Shown: positions 7,813 through 16,913, counted from the first letter of the stretch. The stretch: 38,268 nt of DNA from an uncultured Gammaproteobacteria bacterium (GCA_964496075.1 CAZBXB010000002.1:1-38268), one strand, 5' to 3'. Notes: generated from the sequence alone by a model not told the origin. Numbers and translations: made by a program.

Positions 7813-9600
7813 TTAGTTTCTCAATTTAGCATACAGTCTTCTTTTTCCCGATCCGACTGATTCTTGTTTTAAAATATCAATATGACCAATGGTGGAAGTG
7901 TTGGCAACATGAGGACCAGTACAAACTTCCTTTGAAATTGGACTATCCGGTGTGCCGACAGTATAAACTGAAACTGTGTCCGGATATTTGCCAGCAAAAA
8001 AAGCTAGGGCACCTGATTTAATAGCCTGTTTGTAAGACATTTCTTGTCGGGTGACGGCTAGTTTTTTGTCAATGTATTGATTAACTATGTCTTCGATTTG
8101 GACGATTTGATCTTTTGTTAATTGATCCGGGTGAGTAAAGTCAAATCTAAGTCTGTCGGCAGTGATATTTGAGCCAACTTGATGGACATGGTTGCCTAAA
8201 ACTTGTCTTAAGGCCGAGTGATAGAGGTGGGTAGCTGTGTGATATTTGGTAATTGTTTCGGAGTTGTCTGCCAGTCCGGACTTAAACTTGCCGGCTGAAA
8301 GTGTCTTTGATAAACTTTTATGCTCTTCCATAGACCGATTAAATTGCTTGACAAAATCTGAACTTAAAGAATAGTTGGCCTTTTTGGCTTCTTCTTGAAT
8401 CATTTCAAGAGGAAAACCAAAACTTTGGTAAATTGATGAAGCAGTAATGCCATTAAGATTATCGGCGTTTATTAGCTTGCCTATTTGCCTTAAGCCCTTA
8501 TCAAGGGTGCGTCTAAATTTGTCCTCTTCAAGATCAAGGCTGTCTAAAATAAGCTTTTTATTTTTATCCAATTGAGGGTAATTTCCTGCATAATTAGCTT
8601 GGTTGTCTAAAACAGATATGGCCACTATTTTACAGATATTTGAACTGGCGCCAAGTAATTTAGCTTGTCGAATGGCTCTTCTAATTAATCTTCTTAAGAC
8701 ATAACCGGCTTCTTTGTTTGATGGCTCCACGCCTTCAGCCAAAATAAAGACGGCTGCCCTAATGTGATCAGCAATAATTCTAATTGGAATCTGAGTTTGC
8801 TTGTCTTGATAGGACGTCTTGGTGGCTGTCTCAATTGACTTTATGATTGGTTGCCAAATGTCTGTTAAATAATCGTCCGTAAAGCCATTTAGAACTGCCA
8901 CAGTTCTCTCCACACCCATGCCGGTATCGACATTGGGCTTTTTAAGTAATTCAAAAGGACCTTGAGCAGTTTTGTTAAATTGCATAAAAACATTGTTCCA
9001 GATCTCAACACAGCGGCCCAACTCACAAGCTTGTCTAAAATCGACGGCTGGCAAGTTTGGTTGAGTATCTACAAAAATTTCAGTATCCGGGCCACAAGGA
9101 CCAGTGGCTCCAGCCGGACCCCACCAGTTATCAGCTTTGGGTAAAAAATGAATTCTGTCAGAGGATATACCAAGCCCTTGCCATACTTGAGCAGATTGGT
9201 CGTCTTTAGGAGCATCGGAGTCCCCAGCAAAACAAGTAACATGAATGTGATCTTGGTTGATTTTTAAAACAGTAGTTAAAAATTCAAAGCTATAGGAGAT
9301 AGACTCTTTTTTGAAGTAATCACCCAAAGACCAATTGCCCAACATCTCAAAGAATGTATGATGGTAAGCGTCGCCGACCTGGTCGATATCACCGGTACGC
9401 ACACATGGTTGGACATCAACAAGCTTGGTACCAAGAGGGTGAGTTTGACCTAACAGAAAAGGCACTAAAGGGTGCATGCCGGCACTAATAAAAAGAGTGG
9501 TGGAATCATTTTCCGGTATCAAAGAAGCAGACGGTATTTCAAAATGTCCTTTATCTACAAAAAAATTGACGTAATTTTGTTTAAGCTGACGAGCATTCAT
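7813..9600 (-). CDS. alaS: Alanine--tRNA ligase, short form (catalytic, tRNA-recognition and editing domains; no C-Ala domain)
   Basis: The N-terminus reads QNYVNFFVDKGHFEIPSASLIP. Other AlaRS motifs are FEMLGNWSLGDYFK and GMGVERT. The editing-site motifs HTATHLYH and CTGPH are present. The ORF ends at 595 aa. Confidence 0.93.
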   Translation of the reverse strand: MNARQLKQNYVNFFVDKGHFEIPSASLIPENDSTTLFISAGMHPLVPFLLGQTHPLGTKLVDVQPCVRTGDIDQVGDAYHHTFFEMLGNWSLGDYFKKESISYSFEFLTTVLKINQDHIHVTCFAGDSDAPKDDQSAQVWQGLGISSDRIHFLPKADNWWGPAGATGPCGPDTEIFVDTQPNLPAVDFRQACELGRCVEIWNNVFMQFNKTAQGPFELLKKPNVDTGMGVERTVAVLNGFTDDYLTDIWQPIIKSIETATKTSYQDKQTQIPIRIIADHIRAAVFILAEGVEPSNKEAGYVLRRLIRRAIRQAKLLGASSNICKIVAISVLDNQANYAGNYPQLDKNKKLILDSLDLEEDKFRRTLDKGLRQIGKLINADNLNGITASSIYQSFGFPLEMIQEEAKKANYSLSSDFVKQFNRSMEEHKSLSKTLSAGKFKSGLADNSETITKYHTATHLYHSALRQVLGNHVHQVGSNITADRLRFDFTHPDQLTKDQIVQIEDIVNQYIDKKLAVTRQEMSYKQAIKSGALAFFAGKYPDTVSVYTVGTPDSPISKEVCTGPHVANTSTIGHIDILKQESVGSGKRRLYAKLRN

Positions 9601-9606
9601 AGACAG

Positions 9607-9615
9607 ATTTTATCA
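9607..9615 (-). promoter_or_regulatory. Extended -10 promoter placed for a leaderless alaS transcript
   Basis: The minus strand reads TGaTAAAAT, then 6 nt (ctgtct), then ATG (9600). Confidence 0.4.
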
Positions 9616-9620
9616 CAGGA

Positions 9621-9863
9621 TTATTTTTTGACGATGAATTTTTTTGGTTTCTTGGGACTTCTTTTGGTCTTGATTGGTAGTTTCTTTTTGACTTGGCAAC
9701 ACTTTAATTTTTTGTTAATGAAGATCTCTAGCTGTTTTTTAATATCACTAAGTTTTTTGTTTTTATTATCTTTATAGTAGTAAACGACCAGGCCAACCAC
9801 AAGGATAATGGCAATTAGAAAACCCAGCCAAAATAGAGAATTATTTTTAGTCTGTTTGGTCAT
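9621..9863 (-). CDS. Small single-pass membrane protein with a Lys-rich tail (YtxH-like position)
   Basis: An internal ATG of track ORF 9621..9974 gives MTKQTKNNSLFWLGFLIAIILVVGLVVYYY followed by a basic tail. It overlaps the upstream gene by 17 nt. Confidence 0.5.
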   Translation of the reverse strand: MTKQTKNNSLFWLGFLIAIILVVGLVVYYYKDNKNKKLSDIKKQLEIFINKKLKCCQVKKKLPIKTKRSPKKPKKFIVKK

Positions 9864-10107
9864 CTTTGTTAAAAAGGTTGGTAATAAAGTTAACACCTTC
9901 TTTGAGTCCAACAAAAAAGTCTCTAATTTGAGAGACCGGTTGGTTAATATTTTCGGTAATTGATTTGGCATCATCTAAAATAAGATTGGTTTTGACAACA
10001 GTTTCTTTGAATTGTATTAAGACTCTAACAATCCAGATGGTTAAAAAAACTAAACATAGGGTAATAGCACTAATACTGACGATGGTGGTAATTTGAATTG
10101 GATTCAT
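9847..10107 (-). CDS. Small membrane protein, DUF948-like
   Basis: The 86-aa product has an N-terminal TM helix (ITTIVSISAITLCLVFLTIWIV) followed by a helical region. This layout is typical of DUF948/YtxG-type proteins. Confidence 0.55.
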   Translation of the reverse strand: MNPIQITTIVSISAITLCLVFLTIWIVRVLIQFKETVVKTNLILDDAKSITENINQPVSQIRDFFVGLKEGVNFITNLFNKDDQTD

Positions 10108-10152
10108 AAGATAAGTATAAAATACCTATGGACTAAAGTCCATGTTATTTTG

Positions 10153-10755
10153 TTAAATTTCACTAAAGTTTTTTGTTTGAGTAGTCTTTTTACCTGATGG
10201 GGACATTGATTCAATAATAACCTTGGTGTCTTGACTGATATCAATTTGCTTTGAAAAAGAGCCGTCTCGGTTAACTATAACCAAATCTTCATTTATCCTA
10301 ACAGTACTGCTGGGGTCAGTGTCTCCGGTAATTTTTATTTGGGCCGAAGCATTTGAATCAGGCCAATTAACTGTTAGTTTGGGGGCTTTGTTAAAAGACA
10401 TATATCTACCTAAAAGGAAAAGAAAGGTAAATATAAGGGAAAGGGCAACAACAAGAGTAAATATGAACTGGGGGGTAAAATATATGGAGGATTTCTTGGT
10501 TGAGTCCTTAAGATTTTTTGGGCCGGAATTGTCCCGTCTAAATAAAGAACTAATTTTGTCTGCATCAAGACCGAGAAATTGAGCAAATTGACTGACAAAG
10601 AGTGAACAATAAGGTTCGGCCGGGTAATTTTTGTAATCGGCCACCTCGATGGCTTGTAAATATTTTTGAGGTATTTTGGTTTTCTTTGAAATTTCAGCTA
10701 GACTATACCGTCTTTCGAGTCTGGTATTTTTAATAATTTCGCAGGCGTTGTACAT
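10153..10755 (-). CDS. RodZ-like protein with an N-terminal helix-turn-helix domain, one TM helix and a C-terminal extracytoplasmic domain
   Basis: The HTH segment is YSLAEISKKTKIPQKYLQAIEVADYKNYP. The TM helix is FIFTLVVALSLIFTFLFLLG. Confidence 0.7.
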   Translation of the reverse strand: MYNACEIIKNTRLERRYSLAEISKKTKIPQKYLQAIEVADYKNYPAEPYCSLFVSQFAQFLGLDADKISSLFRRDNSGPKNLKDSTKKSSIYFTPQFIFTLVVALSLIFTFLFLLGRYMSFNKAPKLTVNWPDSNASAQIKITGDTDPSSTVRINEDLVIVNRDGSFSKQIDISQDTKVIIESMSPSGKKTTQTKNFSEI

Positions 10756-10758
10756 GGA

Positions 10759-12630
10759 TTAGTTTTGAAGGGATGATGACGGAGGTAAGATATTTCTGGG
10801 CTTAGAGCCATTGGACGGACCAATAATATTGACGGCTTCAAGTTGGTCAAGAATTCTAGCGGCTCTGGCGTATCCAATTTTTAATCTTCTTTGTAGAAGT
10901 GAGGCTGAAGCTTTATCTTCAGCCCTGATAAGATCAATGGCTTGGTCAAAATATATGTCTCTTTCTTGACCTGCGACTGAAACTAGATTTTTACTGGTAG
11001 AACCGGCATTAACCGGTTGGCTGGTGACTTGTTCGTCGTATTCGGTAATCTTTTGGGTCTTTAAGAAGGCAATTAAATTATCTATTTCTTTATCTGAAAC
11101 ATAGCAGCCTTGAATTCTGACCGGTTTGGCCAGTTCCGGGGGGATATAAAGCATGTCTCCCCTACCCAGAAGTTTTTCAGCTCCAACTGAATCAAGAATT
11201 ACTCTGGAGTCAGTTGACGAAGAAACGGCAAAAGCGATCCTGGTGGGAATATTGGCCTTAATTAAGCCAGTGATAACATCAACAGAAGGTCTTTGAGTGG
11301 ATATTATCAGATGAATACCGACGGCCCGAGCCATTTGAGCAATACGACAAATACTATCTTCAACTTCGGCCGGTGAAAAGAACATGACATCGGCCAATTC
11401 ATCAACTATGATAATAATGTAGGGTAAACTTTGGAAACCGGCCATATTATTGTAACCTTCAATGTTTTTGGCACCAACTTCAGAAAATACCTTATATCTT
11501 CGCTCCATCTCAGCTACCGCCCACTTAAGAGAAGAAACAACTTTGTCTAAATCAACGATGACGGGTGTAAGTAGGTGTGGAATACCATTGAAGGGAGTTA
11601 GCTCGACCCGTTTAGGGTCGACCATAATTAATCTAAGCTCATCGGGGGAGGCTCTAAAAAGAAGACTAACTATCCAAGAATTTAGACAAACAGACTTACC
11701 TGAACCAGTTTGGCCAGCAATTAAAACATGGGGCATTTTTTGAATATCGGCAAACATGGGTTGGCCAGAAACTCCTAGACCGAGAGGTACTAAGGTTTTT
11801 GATTTGCCCTTTTTCATATCGGGACAGGTGATGACTTGGGCGATATTGACAATTTCAAGAGAGCGATTGGGTACCTCAATACCGACTAGAGATCGGCCAG
11901 GAATGGGAGCTTCGACTCTGATTAGTCCACCGGGGGCAGCCAAAGCCATAGCTAGATCATTACTTAAATTTTGAATTTTACTAAGCTTGGTACCTAGGGC
12001 GACTTCAAGAGCATATTGGGTAACTGAGGGACTATTGTTGACCTCAGCAACTCTGGCGGTAATACCAAAAGACTCGAGGGTTCGTTCGATAGTTTGGGCG
12101 TTTTTCTTAACATCGCCTCTATCGGCTTTAATACCCGGGCTTTTTTCGAATATATCCTCACTGGGATATTGCCAGGTTTGATTTGAAGATGAGCTGATCG
12201 GTTTAATAGTTAAGGGTAAGTCAGGGTTAATGGATTCGGAAGCTTTATTAGTTGGTACAGATTGAGTAGAGGTGTTTTTGTCTGCTTGGACATAAACCGG
12301 TTTACTTGATTGGTTTTTAGAAGTTTTTTTGGCGTTTCCTAAAGTATATTTTTTAATAAGGATAAGGGTGTCGTTTATGAATTTAACTATTTGGGCTATA
12401 GATGTATCAAAAAAGACAATAAAGCCGATAACAAAAGAAAAAAAGAAAATTAAAAAGGCAGGTAGGTTAGTAAACAAAAAAGAGAGTTGTTCCCAAAAAA
12501 ATGCACCCAAAATTCCCTGCCTAAAAATACTAATAAGAGACACAAACATGATCAAAAAGCCTAGTATGATAGTTGGTTGTTTAAATGGAGTTTTCATCTT
12601 AGTAAAGTTAAAAGCCACTAAAAAGAGCAT
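10759..12630 (-). CDS. ftsK: DNA translocase FtsK/SpoIIIE (main part, downstream of an in-frame TAA)
   Basis: The Walker A motif is AGQTGSGKS and the Walker B region is IIIVDELAD. The motor motif STQRPSVDVITG is present. The C-terminal gamma winged-helix reads SLLQRRLKIGYARAARILDQLE. Confidence 0.93.
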   Translation of the reverse strand: MLFLVAFNFTKMKTPFKQPTIILGFLIMFVSLISIFRQGILGAFFWEQLSFLFTNLPAFLIFFFSFVIGFIVFFDTSIAQIVKFINDTLILIKKYTLGNAKKTSKNQSSKPVYVQADKNTSTQSVPTNKASESINPDLPLTIKPISSSSNQTWQYPSEDIFEKSPGIKADRGDVKKNAQTIERTLESFGITARVAEVNNSPSVTQYALEVALGTKLSKIQNLSNDLAMALAAPGGLIRVEAPIPGRSLVGIEVPNRSLEIVNIAQVITCPDMKKGKSKTLVPLGLGVSGQPMFADIQKMPHVLIAGQTGSGKSVCLNSWIVSLLFRASPDELRLIMVDPKRVELTPFNGIPHLLTPVIVDLDKVVSSLKWAVAEMERRYKVFSEVGAKNIEGYNNMAGFQSLPYIIIIVDELADVMFFSPAEVEDSICRIAQMARAVGIHLIISTQRPSVDVITGLIKANIPTRIAFAVSSSTDSRVILDSVGAEKLLGRGDMLYIPPELAKPVRIQGCYVSDKEIDNLIAFLKTQKITEYDEQVTSQPVNAGSTSKNLVSVAGQERDIYFDQAIDLIRAEDKASASLLQRRLKIGYARAARILDQLEAVNIIGPSNGSKPRNILPPSSSLQN

Positions 12631-12672
12631 GAAAGGAATTAGGACGGAGGCGAAACCAAAATAAGACTTAAG

Positions 12673-12840
12673 TTATTGATTGATTAAAATTGGGATAGCG
12701 CCGGCTTCTAAAAACGAAAAAACCGAGAGAATGGTTAAAATCAGAAAAAGGACAAAGAAAACGGAAGCAACTGTTTCTTTTTTAAGATTTAAATTTAGTT
12801 TAAATTTTTTAGCAGATGATTTTCGACGACGTCTGGCCAT
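12673..12840 (-). CDS. ftsK: FtsK N-terminal fragment (basic N-terminus plus the first TM helix), separated from the main ORF by one in-frame TAA
   Basis: The product is MARRRRKSSAKKFKLNLNLKKETVASVFFVLFLILTILSVFSFLEAGAIPILINQ, then stop (12673-12675). The same frame continues LKSYFGFASVLIPF and then the M at 12630. Confidence 0.7.
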   Translation of the reverse strand: MARRRRKSSAKKFKLNLNLKKETVASVFFVLFLILTILSVFSFLEAGAIPILINQ

Positions 12841-12950
12841 ACATTCAGTATAAAACATTTTTCAAATGTTTTGTTCGCTTTGTACTTCGTACTACTACTA
12901 TCTTGAAAAAGAGTAAAATGTCCTAAGATTAAAGAGTTGATAGGTGGAAA

Positions 12951-14660
12951 CTAAGAATAGAACTTAACAATTGTGTCGACGATGCTTTTTAGATCTAGGA
13001 TTTTAAATTGTTTTTCGGACCTAACTTTATATTCAAAACCACCCTTTTCTGTACTTTTCTTACTAATGACAATCCTAACCGGAATACCAATCAAGTCGGC
13101 ATCAGCAAACTTTGAACCGGCTGAATCTTCGAGTCTATTATCATATAGAACTGATATATGTTTCTTTTTTAAGTGTCTATATAAACTATCTGCTTTTTCT
13201 AAAACTAGTTTTTCGTGTAAGTCTAAACCGATAAGGTGAACCATGTAAGGAGTGACTGATTTTGGCCATACAATACCATTTTTATCATGGTGTTTTTCGA
13301 CAATAGTGGCCATGGCTCTACCTAGACCGATGCCATATGAGCCCATGTAAAGGTGTTTTGGTTTACCAGATTTGTCAATAAAAAATCCATCCATGGCCTG
13401 ACTGTAGGTGTAGCCAATATTAAAAATATTACCGACTTCGACGCATTTTAATAATTTTAGTCTGCCCTGTTTACACTTGGCACAAGTTGAGTCTGATTGA
13501 GCTTCGGCAATATCCCCAAACATCTGACATTTAAAGTCTCTATCATAATTGACGTTAGTAGAATCGGTGTCTTTTTCCTTTAAACCACCAATAAAGTTTC
13601 TGACTGTCTTTAGAGATAGATCGCCAACATAGACAGCTTTGTGTCCCCAACAATGAACCCATCCATACTTGGTGCCAATACTTTCTAGATCTTTGTCAGT
13701 AGCTGGCTCTAGATCGCCTTTGGCTCCATAAACTTTGGCGAGTTTGGCTTTACTAACCGACAAATCACCTCTAATAACTCCAACAACGATAGTTCCATCA
13801 CTATCTTTGTATACGACATTTTTTAAAAATCGTGTTTTGGGTAATTTATAGTGCTTAACGTTGTCTTCCATAGTTTCAACCCATTCTGGTTGGCTAATAA
13901 TTTCAAATGGTTTAATAGCATCTTTTAGATTAATTTCTTGCCTGAGGAATTGGGCAGTCTCTAAGTTGGCGGCATAGTCGCATTTATCACACTTAACAAC
14001 AAAATCTTCACCAACCGGTGTTTCCACCATAAATTCGTGCGATATGGATCCACCGATGGCACCGTTGTCTGATTCGACCACCAAGGTATCTAATTTAAAT
14101 TTGTTAAAAATATTTAAATAGGCCTGCCAGTATTTTTGATAAGTTTTCAATAAACTCTTTTCGTTTTTGTGAAAGGAATATCCGTCTTTCATGATAAATT
14201 CTCTAACCCGCAAAAGACCACCGGTGGCTCTAGCTTCATCTCTAAATTTTTGGGAAAACTGATAGATGTTGACAGGTAAGTCTTTATAGGTGGGAGTAAA
14301 TTGTTTAACTAAATCGAGCATAATAACTTCAGCGGTGGCTCCTAGAGTAAATTCGGCATTGTTTCTGTCAGTAACTCTCATCATGGAGGCACCAAACTTT
14401 TTATCTCGATTAGCTTGTTGCCAAAGTTCGATGGGATGAAGAGTAGGTACGATCAATTCTTGGGCACCGATTTTATCAATCTCCTTTCTGATAATGGCTT
14501 CGATCTTTTTATTTACTTTTAGACCGAGTGGCAATAAGGTGAATCTACCGGCAGATAACTGTCTAATGTAGCCGGCTTGAAGTAGCAATTGATGGCTGGT
14601 TGCCGAAGCTTGTTTAAATTTGTTTTTGGTGGCTTTGCCAAATAATTTACTATATTTCAT
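12951..14660 (-). CDS. proS: Proline--tRNA ligase (bacterial type with an insertion domain)
   Basis: The N-terminus reads SHQLLLQAGYIRQLSAGRFTLLPLG. Class II motifs are present (FRDEARATGGLLRVREF, GSYGIGLGR). The insertion-domain segment CDKCDYAANLE is also present. Confidence 0.93.
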   Translation of the reverse strand: MKYSKLFGKATKNKFKQASATSHQLLLQAGYIRQLSAGRFTLLPLGLKVNKKIEAIIRKEIDKIGAQELIVPTLHPIELWQQANRDKKFGASMMRVTDRNNAEFTLGATAEVIMLDLVKQFTPTYKDLPVNIYQFSQKFRDEARATGGLLRVREFIMKDGYSFHKNEKSLLKTYQKYWQAYLNIFNKFKLDTLVVESDNGAIGGSISHEFMVETPVGEDFVVKCDKCDYAANLETAQFLRQEINLKDAIKPFEIISQPEWVETMEDNVKHYKLPKTRFLKNVVYKDSDGTIVVGVIRGDLSVSKAKLAKVYGAKGDLEPATDKDLESIGTKYGWVHCWGHKAVYVGDLSLKTVRNFIGGLKEKDTDSTNVNYDRDFKCQMFGDIAEAQSDSTCAKCKQGRLKLLKCVEVGNIFNIGYTYSQAMDGFFIDKSGKPKHLYMGSYGIGLGRAMATIVEKHHDKNGIVWPKSVTPYMVHLIGLDLHEKLVLEKADSLYRHLKKKHISVLYDNRLEDSAGSKFADADLIGIPVRIVISKKSTEKGGFEYKVRSEKQFKILDLKSIVDTIVKFYS

Positions 14661-14671
14661 TTTGTTTTCAA

Positions 14672-14680
14672 ATTATATCA
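14672..14680 (-). promoter_or_regulatory. Extended -10 promoter for proS
   Basis: The minus strand reads TGaTATAAT, a perfect extended -10, which ends 11 nt before the proS ATG (14660). Confidence 0.5.
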
Positions 14681-14681
14681 A

Positions 14682-14710
14682 TTGACCTTATAGATAAAAA
14701 GTTTTAGTAT
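14682..14710 (+). promoter_or_regulatory. Promoter placed for a leaderless transcript of the 14716 gene
   Basis: TTGACC (14682-14687), a 17-nt spacer, TAGTAT (14705-14710), 5 nt, then ATG (14716). Confidence 0.5.
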
Positions 14711-14715
14711 TATGT

Positions 14716-15201
14716 ATGAAGAGACTTTTGACGTGTGTGTTGGTGTTTGGATTAATTTTGGTGACAAATGAGAAAGTCATGGCTTCAGGATTTCATGTAA
14801 GCTCAATTGGTGGGGTGGAAACTGGTGGACAAATGTTATCTCAGTGGTGGAATACAAGTTTACAGCCGACTTTTAGGGGCGAATCAATACCCGGCGCAGA
14901 TATATTAGTAGATATAGATGGCAGTAGTGTTTCTATTGCGGCTGATTCGGCCGGTGACTGGGTGTATACACCTGCGGCAGAATTGACCTCGGGAGACCAT
15001 AATGTGTCTTTTACCAGCAGTGAATCAACTATTAGTTTTACCCTAACTTTGGGGGCTGAGAGTGTTGATTGGGAGGCAGTTGGATCAGGAGCATCCGAAA
15101 CATTACCAGCCGTTGGTATCTTTTTACCAACACTATTTTTGACTAGTGTGGGTAGCGGTCTTATGATACTAGCAAAGAGGTTTAAGAACAGGAATCTTTA
15201 G
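14716..15201 (+). CDS. Secreted Ig-like surface protein with a C-terminal sortase-type sorting signal (LPAVG, hydrophobic helix, basic tail)
   Basis: The signal peptide is MKRLLTCVLVFGLILVTNEKVMA. The C-terminus is ETLPAVG-IFLPTLFLTSVGSGLMILA-KRFKNRNL. Confidence 0.75.
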   Translation: MKRLLTCVLVFGLILVTNEKVMASGFHVSSIGGVETGGQMLSQWWNTSLQPTFRGESIPGADILVDIDGSSVSIAADSAGDWVYTPAAELTSGDHNVSFTSSESTISFTLTLGAESVDWEAVGSGASETLPAVGIFLPTLFLTSVGSGLMILAKRFKNRNL

Positions 15202-16913
15202 ACTTCAATCAGCAAGGGCAGGATCATGGGTTGACGGCCAGTGTGCTTAAAGACACTTTCTTCAAGATGAGCTTGAATTTGCTGGCGAACAAACTCAATA
15301 TTAATTGGCTTACCAACTGATTGTTTAAATTTATCAACAATTTCTTTTTTAAGAACATCAAGTAATTCTTGATTTTCTTTAGCAAAGACAAATCCCCTAC
15401 TTAGCAATACCGGCTCTTTGAGCATGATACCTTTAGTGGTATCAACTAAGATAATTACAGAAAACATGCCGTCTTCAGCGAGAATTCTTCTGTCGCGCAA
15501 TACGGTAGTACCAACATCTCCAACGCCAAAACCATCTATTAGTACTTTTCGAAGAGATATTTTGGTATTAGTGTTGAAACGACCATGCTGGAAAGTGATG
15601 GTGTCTTGCTCCTCCGGCATTATAAACTGATCATCGCTTCGGCCCAAGTCCTGACACATAAGCTGGAAGGCTCTGATGTGTCGGTAATTGCCACCTATAG
15701 GTAAGATATATTTGGGTCTTAATAGATTAATTAAAAGAGCATGGTCTTTTTGGTAACCGTGACCGGAGACATGGAGGTCTTCTTCCTGACCATAAGCAAC
15801 CTGAGCTCCCATTTTGGCTAGATTATCAATCATGTGGTAAATATTGGCACTGGTACCGGGAATGTAATCCGGAGAGGAAAAGATTACTTTGTCACCTTTA
15901 CTAACTTTAATCTTATGCTTGCCCATAACAATTTTACTTAGAGCAGAATTGGGTTGACCAGCAAAACCAGCTACTAAAAAGATAAGTTGATTATCTCTGA
16001 AGTTTTTGATCCGATTTATATCGACTGTATCGTTTGGATTAAGGTTGATATATCCCAACTTTTGAGCAACCTTAATAGCTTTGTCAACCGAAAAACCAAC
16101 AATGACAATTTTTCGGCCATTTCTTTTACCATAATCTATGGCTTGCTTCCATCTCAAAATATTACTGCTAATTGAAGTAACAAAAACTCTACCTTTAGCG
16201 CTTTTTATTTCGTTTTCAAAATTATCAGCAATACTTCTTTCCGAAGGAGAAAAGCCGGGACGATCAGCACCAAGAGCATCAGACAAAAGACAGACAACGT
16301 TTTCATTATTACCAATACGACTAATGCCTTCATAATCGGCGTGTTTACCGTCAATGGGGAAGAGGTCGAATTTAAAATCTGAACCATGGTAGAAGACGCC
16401 TAAAGGTGTCTTGATGGATAGATGGAAAGTGTCGGGAATGGAGTGATTAACTCTGACAGGCTGAACCAGGAAAGGATCGAACTTTAATATACTTTTTTCT
16501 TCGTAAATCCTAATAGTGGCTTTTTGACCAACTTCGATCAGGCGCTCTTGAATAAAAGCTGAAGCCAGTTTGGGAGCATAAATAGGAATGTTTTGGCCTA
16601 AAAGGGGTAAGACAAATCTAATAGCGCCAATATGGTCTTCATGACCATGAGTGATTAAGATAGCCTGGATTCTGTCTTTCTTGTCATCCAGATAGCTGGT
16701 ATCCGGTATTTGTAAATCGACCCCGAATTCGTCTTCTTCGGGAAAGCCGACGCCGCAGTCAACGATAATAATTTTGCTTTTTGAAAAATCGCCTTGAGGG
16801 GCGAATTCATAGACAAACATGTTTTGAGTAACTTGACCAAAAGAACCCAAAGATACTATGCGAATAGCATCATTGGTGTCTTTTTGGTTAAATTGTTGTT
16901 GTAATTGATTCAT
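15198..16913 (-). CDS. rnj: Ribonuclease J (metallo-beta-lactamase / beta-CASP)
   Basis: The HGHEDHIGA motif is present. The length is 571 aa, and the beta-CASP and C-terminal domain layout matches RNase J. Confidence 0.92.
   Translation of the reverse strand: MNQLQQQFNQKDTNDAIRIVSLGSFGQVTQNMFVYEFAPQGDFSKSKIIIVDCGVGFPEEDEFGVDLQIPDTSYLDDKKDRIQAILITHGHEDHIGAIRFVLPLLGQNIPIYAPKLASAFIQERLIEVGQKATIRIYEEKSILKFDPFLVQPVRVNHSIPDTFHLSIKTPLGVFYHGSDFKFDLFPIDGKHADYEGISRIGNNENVVCLLSDALGADRPGFSPSERSIADNFENEIKSAKGRVFVTSISSNILRWKQAIDYGKRNGRKIVIVGFSVDKAIKVAQKLGYINLNPNDTVDINRIKNFRDNQLIFLVAGFAGQPNSALSKIVMGKHKIKVSKGDKVIFSSPDYIPGTSANIYHMIDNLAKMGAQVAYGQEEDLHVSGHGYQKDHALLINLLRPKYILPIGGNYRHIRAFQLMCQDLGRSDDQFIMPEEQDTITFQHGRFNTNTKISLRKVLIDGFGVGDVGTTVLRDRRILAEDGMFSVIILVDTTKGIMLKEPVLLSRGFVFAKENQELLDVLKKEIVDKFKQSVGKPINIEFVRQQIQAHLEESVFKHTGRQPMILPLLIEV

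Noticed and set aside
10128-10143. A perfect 7-bp inverted repeat, ATGGACT-aa-AGTCCAT, between the rodZ-like gene and the DUF948 gene.
   Set aside because: The stem is short, the loop is only 2 nt and no U-tract follows. It could be a weak terminator ahead of the TATACT promoter, but that is too weak to call as a feature.
12329-12664. A 111-aa plus-strand, Lys-rich ORF opposite the ftsK 5' region.
   Set aside because: It is the mirror of the Phe/Leu-rich TM-coding part of ftsK. It is open only because of strand composition, and the ftsK call explains the region.
12673-12675. Alternative genetic code (for example SR1/Gracilibacteria-type recoding) as the explanation for the in-frame stop in ftsK.
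   Set aside because: The interrupting codon is TAA, not TGA. TGA clearly terminates ORFs in ATGA overlaps at 5702-5705 and 21616-21619, and all other genes translate cleanly with the standard bacterial code.
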